A DNA stretch of 64,000 bases from an uncultured Acidobacteriota bacterium. Lineage in GTDB: Bacteria > Acidobacteriota > Thermoanaerobaculia > UBA5066 > Gp7-AA6. How positions within the stretch are numbered: the stretch's first letter is position 1; each line of letters begins with the position of its first letter. Location of the stretch: assembly GCA_963764715.1 (NCBI GenBank), contig CAVXTP010000012.1:64001-128000 (forward strand), read 5' to 3'. Below are positions 46,321-55,616 of the stretch, piece after piece. The notes below the pieces were generated by a model that was given only the letters and a program-made list of their open reading frames with translations, did not search any database and was not told the origin of the DNA. Made by a program: the position numbers and the translations under genes.

Positions 46321-47796
46321 TCAGTGAACGTTGACCGTGATCGGCGAGGAAGGAATTCCGTTGGTGACGACGACCAGATCTCCCAACCCGGTCTCCATTC
46401 CGATCGGCACGTCGTACTGGGTCGAGGCGATCCCCGTGTAGGCGACCGCCATCGTGCTGTGATCGTGCGTGCGCGCGTAGAACACGTGTCCCGTCGCGCG
46501 GTTCGTGATCCGCACCAGCGGATAGTTGGTTGCGGCCTGAGCGTCGTCCCCGTAGGCGGCGCCCTGGGAGAAGCCATTGAGCTTTCGTCCGCTGAGCGGA
46601 TACGTGGATCCCCGGTTGACGTCCGTCACGCCCGGGCCGCCGACGATCGTCGGCGCCCACGCGGGATTGGGCGCGCCGCTGGAAGCGTAGACCCAGGCGT
46701 TACCGCTGATGTCCGTCCAGAGGATCTCGCCCGTGGGAAGGACGAGCATGTTTCCCAGGTACGAGGGCTCGCCGTGGGCGGGCGGCGGAGCGGGGACCTT
46801 GAGCAGGGTCAGTCCGTTCCATTCGAAGAACTTGGAGCCCGGCCTGAAAATGCGCGGGCTGACCTGCACCAGGACGTTGCCGTTCGGAAGCAGAGCCGCC
46901 GGACCGTCGGCGCTGTCCCGGTTGGACGGGAAGTCCGGGCCCGGCGTCCACGTGCCGGTGTGGGTATCGAAGATCGACGTGTGGCCGGAACCGCTCGGCG
47001 CACCGTTTGCGCCCGTCGCGAATACCGTTCCGTCCGGCCGCAACACCGCGGGCCCGAGCTCGTACGATGCATGGTTGGCGTCGGGAAACGAGTCCCAGAG
47101 CTGGACGATCGTGCTGCCCGCGCTGGTCCAGGCTCCCGTCGCGGGATCGTAGACCTCCGAGTTCGTTCCGTCGGCGTCGTACGAGAAGACGTAGGCATCG
47201 ACGGTCAGCACCTTGCCGCTCGGAAGCAGAGTCCACCCCTCTTCGTCGTTGACGGTGAGCTTCCCCGCTCCGGTCGCCGTCCAGCTCAAACTCGTCGCGT
47301 CGAGCAGGGCCGTCTCCGTGGTGCAGCAGTTGGCCAGCATGTACGTACCATTGGCGAGGACGGTCCCCTGGGCATCGCCGATGGTCGACCAGCCCGCGGG
47401 AGGATCGACCGGGGCCCAGGAGTCCGCTAGCGGATCGTAGATCGCCCCGAGGTTGCTCCAGACCGGGGTGCAAAAGTTGTATTCGCCGCCCTCGACGATC
47501 ACGCGCCCGTCCGCGAGCACGGCCGAACTGAAATAGAGAGGGCCGTATCCCTCGGGCAGGGGCGCGATCTCACTCCAGGTGCCGTTGACGTAACTGCCGC
47601 TCGCGTCGGGAGTGAGACGCCACCAATCGCGGGCGCAGCCGTCGTGCGCGATGACGGTGCCGTCCGTGAGCAGCAGGGGGTTGCTCGCTGCGAATGTTGG
47701 CTGGCTGGCCAGCGGCGTCCACGTCTGCGCGCCGGCGAGGCCCGACTTCAGCAGAAACACCGATACGACGAGACCGACGATTCGTAGAGTTCGCAT
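46321..47796 (-). CDS. Secreted Kelch-like beta-propeller protein
   Basis: Repeated LLxDG/LxNG.V, YDP....W units; NYPLVRI C-domain. Confidence 0.85.
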   Translation of the reverse strand: MRTLRIVGLVVSVFLLKSGLAGAQTWTPLASQPTFAASNPLLLTDGTVIAHDGCARDWWRLTPDASGSYVNGTWSEIAPLPEGYGPLYFSSAVLADGRVIVEGGEYNFCTPVWSNLGAIYDPLADSWAPVDPPAGWSTIGDAQGTVLANGTYMLANCCTTETALLDATSLSWTATGAGKLTVNDEEGWTLLPSGKVLTVDAYVFSYDADGTNSEVYDPATGAWTSAGSTIVQLWDSFPDANHASYELGPAVLRPDGTVFATGANGAPSGSGHTSIFDTHTGTWTPGPDFPSNRDSADGPAALLPNGNVLVQVSPRIFRPGSKFFEWNGLTLLKVPAPPPAHGEPSYLGNMLVLPTGEILWTDISGNAWVYASSGAPNPAWAPTIVGGPGVTDVNRGSTYPLSGRKLNGFSQGAAYGDDAQAATNYPLVRITNRATGHVFYARTHDHSTMAVAYTGIASTQYDVPIGMETGLGDLVVVTNGIPSSPITVNVH

Positions 47797-47959
47797 CTGA
47801 CTCCTCCATGGATTTGCGCCATCTGCTCAGTGATCGGCCAGCCGGAATGTACTCCGCAAAGCCATCGGGTCAAACTCGAATCGTAGGCTCCGGCAAGATG
47901 CTCTCCGAGCGGCCAAGAAAAGTCCAAGACGCGAACAAGGAGATTCCGAGCTGAGGACG

Positions 47960-48035
47960 GCGATCGAGATCGCGCATCCGGACTTCCGCCCGGAGCGGAT
48001 CACCGCGGCGAAGGAACCGGCGCTATATCTTCTGA
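47960..48035 (+). pseudogene. Remnant of acetyl-CoA hydrolase / CoA-transferase C-terminus
   Basis: AIEIAHPDFRPERITAAKE, then +1 shift RRYIF*; IAHPDFR is the conserved end of this family. Confidence 0.55.
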
Positions 48036-48307
48036 GATCTCTCCGCGGGCGGAGGGAAGCTCAGCTCGACGAGCGCCTGAACCCTCTCGAAGACCGCGGC
48101 GCACGCGTCGCACTGGCGGTGAACGCTCACGCAGGGGACGCCGTCGGCCTGCGCCTCGGCGCAGCAGGGCTCCTGGCCGATCTGGATGAGGCGGTCCACG
48201 ACCTCGAGCAGGCGGTGCCGGAGCGGGGAGTCTGCGATGGCGCGGAGTCCGTAGATCAGGCCTCGCTCCGGGGCGGTGAGCGGGACGGGGAGCAGGGCTT
48301 CGGTCAT
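48023..48307 (-). CDS. Small Cys-rich hypothetical protein
   Basis: ATGA-coupled to the OFOR gene; CCAEAQADGVPC-x6-CDAC. Confidence 0.7.
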   Translation of the reverse strand: MTEALLPVPLTAPERGLIYGLRAIADSPLRHRLLEVVDRLIQIGQEPCCAEAQADGVPCVSVHRQCDACAAVFERVQALVELSFPPPAERSQKI

Positions 48308-49746
48308 GGCAAAACTCCTTCGGGGCAGGGGACCGCGCTCGGGACGGCCTTCGCGCCCCGAGCGAAGGCCTCCTCGTTGACCGGAATGAGCGCGGCTTTC
48401 GCCGCCAGCGCCTGGCGGAGCACCGCCAGGAAGGTCTCCGCGGGGAAGAGGCGTGTCGCGGCGCACAGAGCGCCGAGCGCGACGATGTTCTTGACCACCG
48501 GCAGGCCCAGCTCCACGGCGATGGCGGTGAAGGGGACGCCGATCGCCGTCACGCCGTTGCCGAAGTCCGGCGGATCGGCCATGACCGAGCGGTCGTAGAG
48601 AATGGTGCCTCCCGGCGCGACGCTCGCTCCGAATTTCGCGAGGCTGGGCGCGTTGAATGCGATCAGGATGTGCGGATTCGGGGACGCCGGAGAGAGGACT
48701 TCCCCGTCCGCCACGTGGATGTCGGCATAGGAGGTTCCGCCGCGCGATTCCGGTCCGTAGCTCGGGATGTGCGTGGCGTCGAAGCCCTCGTTGATGGCGG
48801 CACGCGCGATGAGCATCGCCGCGGTCTGGGCTCCGTCCCCGCCCGCGCCGGCCAGCTTCAAGGAGATGTCGTTGGCATGGAGATGGCGCGGGAAGCCTCG
48901 ACCGAAGCGCTCGGTCGGGGTCGTCGTGCCTCCCAGGGCGGCGACGAGCTTCTCGGGCTCGAAGACGGGGGGAGACAGATGGAACCAGGGATCCGAAGCC
49001 GCATCCTTCTTCACCCCGAGTGGAAAAACCGGGAGCATCTGTTCCTTGACCCACTTCTCGGCCTCTTCGGGGGTCTTCTTCAGATGGGTCGGGCACTCGG
49101 CCAGGACCTCCACGAAGGCGAAGCCCTTCCCTTCGACCTGCAGCTGCACCGCCTTCTTGATGGCTTTCTTGGCCCGCACGCGCTGCTTCGCGTCGAACAA
49201 CGCCACGCGCTCCACGTAGACCGGCCCGTCGAGCTGGGCGATCAGCTCGGCCATCTTCATCGGACTCCCCATCAGGCGCGTGCGGCCCTCCGGGCTCGTC
49301 GTGGTCTTCTGCCCCATCAGCGTTGTGGGAGCCAGCTGGCCGCCGGTCATTCCGTAGATCGCGTTGTTGACGAAAACCACCGAGAGCGGGATGCCCAGTT
49401 GAGCCGTGGACACGATCTCCGCGAGGCCGATGGAAGCGAGATCGCCGTCGCCCTGGTAGCTGATCACGATGGAGTTGGGGTTGGCGACCTTGTGCCCCAG
49501 AGCCACCGCCGGGGCGCGTCCGTGAGCGGCCTGCGTGTTTCCGACGTCGAAGTAGTAGTAGAGGAAGACCGCGCAGCCGACGGGTGAGACGGCAATCGTG
49601 CGGTCCTGGATACCGAGCTCCTCGATCGCCTCGGCGAGGTACTTGTGCGCCAGCCCGTGCCCGCAGCCCGGGCAGTAGTGGGTCGCGTGGCCCTTGAGCC
49701 CTTCCCCGTGGGAGTGTCGCTCGAACCTCTCGTAGAAGACGCTCAT
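48304..49746 (-). CDS. 2-oxoacid:ferredoxin oxidoreductase, fused beta-gamma subunit
   Basis: YCPGCGH, GDGD...NN..YGMTGGQ (TPP); GAGGDG, SYGPESRGG (gamma). Confidence 0.92.
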   Translation of the reverse strand: MSVFYERFERHSHGEGLKGHATHYCPGCGHGLAHKYLAEAIEELGIQDRTIAVSPVGCAVFLYYYFDVGNTQAAHGRAPAVALGHKVANPNSIVISYQGDGDLASIGLAEIVSTAQLGIPLSVVFVNNAIYGMTGGQLAPTTLMGQKTTTSPEGRTRLMGSPMKMAELIAQLDGPVYVERVALFDAKQRVRAKKAIKKAVQLQVEGKGFAFVEVLAECPTHLKKTPEEAEKWVKEQMLPVFPLGVKKDAASDPWFHLSPPVFEPEKLVAALGGTTTPTERFGRGFPRHLHANDISLKLAGAGGDGAQTAAMLIARAAINEGFDATHIPSYGPESRGGTSYADIHVADGEVLSPASPNPHILIAFNAPSLAKFGASVAPGGTILYDRSVMADPPDFGNGVTAIGVPFTAIAVELGLPVVKNIVALGALCAATRLFPAETFLAVLRQALAAKAALIPVNEEAFARGAKAVPSAVPCPEGVLP

Positions 49747-51149
49747 GCGGCGGCCTTTCGCCCGTTGAGGACATGCGCGACGATCTCGCTCTGCTGCGGC
49801 AGGATTCCGCCGAATCGCCGGACGGACTCGATCGGCGGATGGTCGCGGAGGCCGGCGTGAGAGAGGGCGAGGCGCATCTCGTCCTCGAGCTGCCCGGGGG
49901 ACGCCTCCACGACGACGATCCGCTCGGCGTTGTGCAGCAGCGGCTCCAGCTTCGCGATCGGGAAGGGCCAGAGAGTGATGGGCCGGAAGAGGCCCGCCTT
50001 GACGCCTTCCTGGCGCAGCGCCCGGACGGCTCCCTTGGCCATGCGGGCCGGGGTGTTGCAGGCCACGATCAGCACTTCGGCGTCCTCGAACTCGAAGAGG
50101 TCGGCGCGCTGTTCGGTTTCCATCCGCCGGTACTTCTCGTTCAGGAGCCGGTTGCGATTCTCCAGATCCGCCTCGCAAAGGTAGATCGAGTTGATGAGAT
50201 TGGAGCGATGAGACGCGTCGCCGAAGACCGCCCACTCGGGGATCCCCGGCTTCACCATGTGGCGCGGGAGAACGACTTTTCCGGTCATCTGACCGAGATA
50301 CCCGTCGCTCAACACGACGACCGGATTCCGGTACCGAAAGGAAAGCTCGAAGGCCAGCAGCGTCAAGTCGAGCATCTCCTGCGGCGTGGAGGGCGCCAGC
50401 ACGATGCCGTGCGAGTTGCCATGGCCCAGGCCCCGGCAGGCGAGCTTTATGTCCGACTGCTCGGGGGCGATGTTTCCCAGCCCCGGACCGCCTCGCATGA
50501 CGTTCACGAAAACGGCGGGGACCTCGCTGCCCACCATGTAGGAAATCCCTTCGAGCATGAGGCTGAATCCGGGCGACGAAGTGAACGTCATGCAGGGCAG
50601 TCCCGCGCCGCCGCACCCGTACATCATGTTCACCGTCGCGACCTCGCTCACGGCCTGCAGGAAGACGCCGTCGAGCTCCGGCAGGAGCTTCGCCATCAGC
50701 TCGGCTCCCTCGGTCGAGGGCGTGATCGGGTAACCGAAGACATGCCGGCAGCCGGCCAGGAGCGCGCCGATGGCCGAGGCGTAGTTGCCTTTCACGACGA
50801 GCGGCTCGAGCGGCGGTAGCAAAAGGAGCTGGTCGGGGATCGGGACGGGCCTCACCGCGGTGGAGCCCCGGGAGCCGAAGAGTTTCTCGGGATCCTGTAA
50901 CTTGAACTCCGTGGACTCGGCGGCCGAGGGCATCTCCCGGAGTCCGTAAGGCTCGGGGCAGGCGTCGAGGCACAGCCCGCAGGCCGTGCAGTCCTCGAGG
51001 TGGAGCACGACCGGCACGAGACCGGTTTCGGGGTTGATTCCCTCCGCGAGCTCGATGCAGTGCTTCGCGCACGCCTCGATGCATCTCCCGCAGCCCTTGC
51101 AGAACTGCGGCAGGAGGAAGGGCTTCTGCTTCTCTCTGCGGTTGGACAT
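49743..51149 (-). CDS. 2-oxoacid:ferredoxin oxidoreductase, fused ferredoxin(delta)-alpha subunit (VOR/KOR-like)
   Basis: Two CxxCxxCxxxC motifs; GYPITPS, SEVA, TSSPGFSL, MRGGPGLG. Confidence 0.92.
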   Translation of the reverse strand: MSNRREKQKPFLLPQFCKGCGRCIEACAKHCIELAEGINPETGLVPVVLHLEDCTACGLCLDACPEPYGLREMPSAAESTEFKLQDPEKLFGSRGSTAVRPVPIPDQLLLLPPLEPLVVKGNYASAIGALLAGCRHVFGYPITPSTEGAELMAKLLPELDGVFLQAVSEVATVNMMYGCGGAGLPCMTFTSSPGFSLMLEGISYMVGSEVPAVFVNVMRGGPGLGNIAPEQSDIKLACRGLGHGNSHGIVLAPSTPQEMLDLTLLAFELSFRYRNPVVVLSDGYLGQMTGKVVLPRHMVKPGIPEWAVFGDASHRSNLINSIYLCEADLENRNRLLNEKYRRMETEQRADLFEFEDAEVLIVACNTPARMAKGAVRALRQEGVKAGLFRPITLWPFPIAKLEPLLHNAERIVVVEASPGQLEDEMRLALSHAGLRDHPPIESVRRFGGILPQQSEIVAHVLNGRKAAA

Positions 51150-51299
51150 TACAACTCCGCTCGACAACGAGGGGCAACGCCCCTCCTTGGGCAATGTAGC
51201 GACTCTCCCGAACGCGGCAATCGTGCAAATGCATCAGACCAGAGCGCACCGGACTCGGTTGGGAGAGGGAGTGGATCCGGAGCTCAGTCAGGCTCCATG

Positions 51300-51532
51300 C
51301 GTAGAGGAACCAAACGCCTGCCGTTGATTTTCGCAGCAGGCTCTCAAGCCGCTGACTGTTAATGACTTACGTGAACAAATCTACAAAACGACCTGTCCCG
51401 GTTGTTGAGGTTCTCAGCGATCTTCCCTTTCGAGCACTGGGCACGGCCCGCCCTCCATCGCCATAAGGGGCGATGAATCAGTGGTTTAAACGCATCACGG
51501 CGCTCAACACCTCGTGTGGCACCGTCGTTGCG
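51300..51532 (+). promoter_or_regulatory. Sigma54 promoter with IHF site and candidate upstream activator sites
   Basis: TGGCACCGTCGTTGCG 51517-51532 (GG-N10-GC); AATCAG-TGGT-TTA 51476-51488 fits WATCARnnnnTTR; imperfect YGTWG-N7-CWRCR dyads at 51300, 51322, 51369 and 51403. Confidence 0.75.
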
Positions 51533-51556
51533 ATTACCAGGGATCGAGCAAACACG

Positions 51557-52354
51557 ATGAACACCCAACAGGAGAGAGACGCAAGCCCCGGCCTTCGAGG
51601 ATTCGAAGCGTCCTCGCTGAAGTGCTGCTGGATGATCGCCGGGATCGTCGACTACAAGCTCTGCGACCGGGACTACGAGTGCGACGACTGCGGCTTCGAC
51701 CGGGCGATGCGAAACCCGGGACGCCTCGCCGCCGCGGCCGGACTCGCTCGGTGCCCCTCGGCGGCCGCCGCCACCGAGTCACTTCTCTTCCACCCCCGCC
51801 ACGTCTGGGCCCGGTTCGAAACGGGAGGCCGCGTTCGGACGGGCCTCGACGATTTCGGACGGCGCCTGGCCGGGCGCATCTACTGCGTTGCGCTTCCCGA
51901 GCCGGGGACGCGAATCGCCGCGGGCGAGCCCGCCTGGACCTTCGTCCATTGCGACGGAGAGGTCTCGGTGGCCGCGCCGGTCTCGGGGATCGTGGCCGAA
52001 ACGAACGAGAGGCTTCGCCACCAGCCGTCGCTGGTGAACGAGGATCCCTACGGCGCGGGCTGGACGGTCGTCCTGACTCCCACCGACCTCGGCGCCGACC
52101 TGCGGGATCTGTGTTTCGGCGCCGAGACCGCGCCCTGGATCGCCGAGGAGTCTGAAAAGCTGAGTCGTGAGCTGACGAGTGCGGGCGAGTCGCTCCCGAC
52201 TCTCATGGACGGTGGATGTCTCGTCGACGACCTCCACCAGGCCATCCCTGCCGAAGCCCGTTCCCGAATCCTGGACCTTTTCCTGTCCGCTAACAAGAGC
52301 CGTCCGTCCGATCCTCCGACCACGGGTTCGGCCGGCGACGCAGAAGGGAGATGA
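51557..52354 (+). CDS. GcvH-like protein without lipoyl Lys, with N-terminal Cys cluster
   Basis: HVW, GLDDF, APVSG..N...P.LVNEDPYGAGW; CCWMIAG..YKLC...YECDDC; C-terminal DGG. Confidence 0.85.
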   Translation: MNTQQERDASPGLRGFEASSLKCCWMIAGIVDYKLCDRDYECDDCGFDRAMRNPGRLAAAAGLARCPSAAAATESLLFHPRHVWARFETGGRVRTGLDDFGRRLAGRIYCVALPEPGTRIAAGEPAWTFVHCDGEVSVAAPVSGIVAETNERLRHQPSLVNEDPYGAGWTVVLTPTDLGADLRDLCFGAETAPWIAEESEKLSRELTSAGESLPTLMDGGCLVDDLHQAIPAEARSRILDLFLSANKSRPSDPPTTGSAGDAEGR

Positions 52355-53028
52355 TCGTCATGGTCGCCATTCTCGTCGTTCTCTTCATCCTTCTCATGCT
52401 GGCGATCGATTCGCTGGTTCATCGCAACGAAGCGGCGCCCCTGGTCCAGCCGGTCCGACGGCAGATCGCGCTACCCGCCGGTCTGTTCCTCGATTCCGGC
52501 CACACCTGGACCGCCCTGGAGCCGTCCGGCCGGATCCGTGTGGGGCTCGACGACCTCGTGCGCGGCGCGGTCGGCCGCATCGACAAGCTGGAGCTGCCGG
52601 AGCCGGGAACCGAGGTGAAGCGCGGCCAGCCGCTCTTCGCGCTCGTCCAGGGAGGCCGCCGTGCGGCTCTCCTCTCCCCCGTCGACGGCGTGGTGCGCTC
52701 CGTCAACCCGCTTCTCGCCGAGACGGCGGGCCCCGTGGCGGCGGACCCCTACTACAGAGGATGGGTCTGCGCGCTTTCGCCGAAGAACCTGGGCGCCTCC
52801 CTGCGCCGCCTGAAGGTGGCGGAAGAGGCCGTCGAGTGGCTGCGCGCCGAGCGCGGCCGCTTCGAGAAGTTCGTCGCCGCCCAGGCGTGGCGCGCTCCGG
52901 TGCCCGGAATGGCGATGGCGGACGGCGGGAAGCCTGCCGACGGCGTGCTCGGACACCTCGACGACGAAGCCTGGGCGACCTTCGGCCGGGACTTCCTCGT
53001 GCCGGAGGATCCGCCGGTCGCGGAGTGA
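52351..53028 (+). CDS. Membrane-anchored GcvH-like protein without lipoyl Lys
   Basis: N-terminal TM helix; HTW, VGLDD, SPVDG..VN, DPY..GW; C-terminal ADGG. Confidence 0.85.
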   Translation: MIVMVAILVVLFILLMLAIDSLVHRNEAAPLVQPVRRQIALPAGLFLDSGHTWTALEPSGRIRVGLDDLVRGAVGRIDKLELPEPGTEVKRGQPLFALVQGGRRAALLSPVDGVVRSVNPLLAETAGPVAADPYYRGWVCALSPKNLGASLRRLKVAEEAVEWLRAERGRFEKFVAAQAWRAPVPGMAMADGGKPADGVLGHLDDEAWATFGRDFLVPEDPPVAE

Positions 53029-53058
53029 TGGTGACGGGTTGGAGGTGAGAGAAGAGCC

Positions 53059-53847
53059 ATGATCACGAACCCAGAGAGAAAGGCCCTCCTTCTCGACACC
53101 ACGCGCTGCATCGGCTGCGGAGCCTGTTCCCAAGCCTGCAAGGAGCGGAACAGGCTCCCCCGCACTTCGGAGGACGTTCTGACGGACAAGCTGTCCGACA
53201 GGACGTTCACCGTCGTCAATCGTCAAGGGTCGCGCTTCGTGCGGCGGTTGTGCATGCATTGCGAGGTCCCGAGCTGCGTTTCGGCCTGCCCGGTCGGCGC
53301 GTTCCAGAAGACCGCCGCCGGTCCGGTCGTGTACGACGAGAACCGGTGCATGGGCTGTCGCTACTGCATGCTGGCCTGCCCGTTCAACGTGCCGAAGTAC
53401 GAGTGGGGCAAGACCCTGCCGCGGGTCCGCAAGTGCGACATGTGCGCGGAGCGTCTGGCCCAGGGGCTGGCCACCGCGTGCGCCACGGCCTGCCCGACGG
53501 GGGCCACGAAGTTCGGCACCCGCGCCGCGCTCCTCGCCGAGGCGCGCGCCCGCATCGCGGCCGAGCCGAACCGCTACTACGACTACGTGTACGGGGTGGA
53601 GGAGGTGGGGGGCACGTCGGTGCTCATCATCTCCGATGTCCGGCCGGACCAGCTCGGGCTGCGGACCGACCTGGTCAACGAGCCCCCTGCGATGCTGACC
53701 TGGCGGGTGCTGAACAAGATTCCCAACGTCGTGGCCATGGCCGGCCTGGTCCTCGGCGGGGTTTACTGGATCACCAAGCGGAGCGACGAGGTCGCCCGCG
53801 CCGAGGTGCAGGGCACGCAGGGGCCCGACGCCGGTGACGCGCCGTGA
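53059..53847 (+). CDS. 4x[4Fe-4S] protein (HybA/FdnH/NrfC-like) with C-terminal TM helix
   Basis: CIGCGACSQAC, CMHC..PSCVSACP, CMGCRYCMLACP, KCDMC...CATACP; no Tat leader. Confidence 0.92.
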   Translation: MITNPERKALLLDTTRCIGCGACSQACKERNRLPRTSEDVLTDKLSDRTFTVVNRQGSRFVRRLCMHCEVPSCVSACPVGAFQKTAAGPVVYDENRCMGCRYCMLACPFNVPKYEWGKTLPRVRKCDMCAERLAQGLATACATACPTGATKFGTRAALLAEARARIAAEPNRYYDYVYGVEEVGGTSVLIISDVRPDQLGLRTDLVNEPPAMLTWRVLNKIPNVVAMAGLVLGGVYWITKRSDEVARAEVQGTQGPDAGDAP

Positions 53848-53860
53848 GCGGAGGTGCTCG

Positions 53861-55462
53861 ATGAGAAGGCTCGCGCTTCCACGTCTCACGTTCTGGCGGT
53901 CCGTCCTGGTCGTTCTTCTCGTCGCCGGGTTCTACGGCGCGTTCGTCCGTTTCTTCCGCGGGCTCGGCGCGTCGACGAACCTCTCCGATGCCTTCCCCTG
54001 GGGTCTCTGGGTCGGCTTCGACATCCTCTGCGGCGTCGCGCTGGCCGCCGGCGGCTTCACCGTCAGCGCCATCGTCTACATCTTCCGTCTCGAGCGCTTC
54101 CGCCCGATCGTCCGACCCGCGATCCTGACCGCGTTCCTCGGCTACATGCTGGTCATCGGCGCCCTCCTCTTCGACCTGGGGCGGCCGAATCGCGTGTGGC
54201 ACCCCCTGATCATGTGGAACCCGCACTCGGTCATGTTCGAGGTCGGCTGGTGCGTGACCCTGTATTCGATCGTGCTCGCGCTCGAGTTCAGCCCGATGGT
54301 CTTCGAGCGGTTCCGCATGAAGCGCGCGTTGAAGGTCGTTCACTTCGTCATGCTGCCGCTGGTCGTGATGGGCGTGCTCCTGTCGACCCTGCACCAGAGC
54401 TCGCTCGGATCCTTCTATCTGATCGTTCCCTCCAAGCTCTACCCGCTCTGGTACACGCCCTGGCTCCCGGTCTTCTTCTTCCTGACCGCGCTGATGCTGG
54501 GCTGCGCGATGACCATCGTCGAGTCCTTCATCAGCGCCAGGGCGTTCAAGAAGGAGATCGAGATGGGTCTCCTCGCCGACCTCGGCAAGGTGACCCTGGT
54601 GCTGGTCGGCGTCAACCTCCTGGCCAAATACCAGGACCTCTCGGCCCGTGGGGTTCTGCGGCTGGCCATCCAGCCGAGCTACGAGGGGCGGCTCTTCCTG
54701 GCCGAGGTCCTCATGGGGTTGATCGCCCCCGCCCTGCTGCTCGCGGTTCCGGCGATCCGCAAGAGCCCGCGCGGCCTCTTCTCCGCGGCGCTCTTAGTCG
54801 TCCTCGGGGTCATCATGAACCGCCTGAACGTCTCCATCACCGGCATGGAACGCTCGTCCGGAGTCTCCTACGTGCCGAGCTGGACCGAGGTATCGGTCAC
54901 GCTGATGGTCGTGGGGACCGGCTTCGCGCTCTTCACCCTGGCGGCCAGGTACCTTCCGGTTTTCCAGCACGACACGAAGGCGCCGCAACCGGAGACCGAC
55001 TGGGCTGACTCGAGGCCTCTCCGCGGGTTCCGGTTCGCCCTGACCGCCGCGGCGGCGAGCCTGGCCGGTCTCCTCTTTGTCAGCGCCATCGGCTTGACCT
55101 GGGACGGCGTGATGCGGCGGGAGCCCCCTCCCCCCCGGCCCGTCGCTCAGAACCCCTCCGAGCAGCAGAAAGCCTGGGCGCGAAGCAGTTTCCGGATGCC
55201 ACCGGACGTGACCTTCCCACAAGCGCCCGACAGCCCGGCGCCCGTCACCTTCCGGCATGCCTCTCACGTGGACGCCACCGCCCCGGACTGCCTCGGCTGC
55301 CATCGCGGGGATTTCTCGTTCCTGAAGGCCGCATCGCCGCGAAAGCCGGCCGCGTCCGGCGCCATGCATCAGATGTGCGGCCAGTGTCACGACGGCACGT
55401 CCGCGTTCTCCGTCGAAGCGGACTGCGAGAACTGCCACGGAGGGACCGCTGCCAAGGAGTGA
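53861..55462 (+). CDS. NrfD/HybB-type membrane protein fused to C-terminal triheme cytochrome c7-like domain
   Basis: PWGLW, DLGRP, SVMFEV, LSTLHQSSLG, RLNVS; then FRHASH, CLGCH, CGQCH, CENCH. Confidence 0.9.
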   Translation: MRRLALPRLTFWRSVLVVLLVAGFYGAFVRFFRGLGASTNLSDAFPWGLWVGFDILCGVALAAGGFTVSAIVYIFRLERFRPIVRPAILTAFLGYMLVIGALLFDLGRPNRVWHPLIMWNPHSVMFEVGWCVTLYSIVLALEFSPMVFERFRMKRALKVVHFVMLPLVVMGVLLSTLHQSSLGSFYLIVPSKLYPLWYTPWLPVFFFLTALMLGCAMTIVESFISARAFKKEIEMGLLADLGKVTLVLVGVNLLAKYQDLSARGVLRLAIQPSYEGRLFLAEVLMGLIAPALLLAVPAIRKSPRGLFSAALLVVLGVIMNRLNVSITGMERSSGVSYVPSWTEVSVTLMVVGTGFALFTLAARYLPVFQHDTKAPQPETDWADSRPLRGFRFALTAAAASLAGLLFVSAIGLTWDGVMRREPPPPRPVAQNPSEQQKAWARSSFRMPPDVTFPQAPDSPAPVTFRHASHVDATAPDCLGCHRGDFSFLKAASPRKPAASGAMHQMCGQCHDGTSAFSVEADCENCHGGTAAKE

Positions 55463-55616
55463 ACCGGATGCGCGCCGTGCCTCGCCGGGCGGGGACCGGT
55501 CCCCGGCCGGGAAGGTCTCGTCCGACTCGACCGCCACGGTCGATTCGGGAGCGCTCGACACGGCCGCCTCCTCCCGGGTACGGCTCTTCCACCCCCGGAG
55601 TCTCAGCGTCAAGCTG

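Noticed and set aside
51222-51242. Sigma54 promoter for the OFOR operon (minus strand TGGTCTGATGCATTTGCA)
   Set aside because: GG-to-GC spacing is 12, not the required 10.
51557-53028. Glycine cleavage system
   Set aside because: No lipoyl lysine and no P, T or L genes.
53059-55462. Hydrogenase-2 (hybAB) operon
   Set aside because: No small or large hydrogenase subunit or maturation genes, so gene symbols were withheld.
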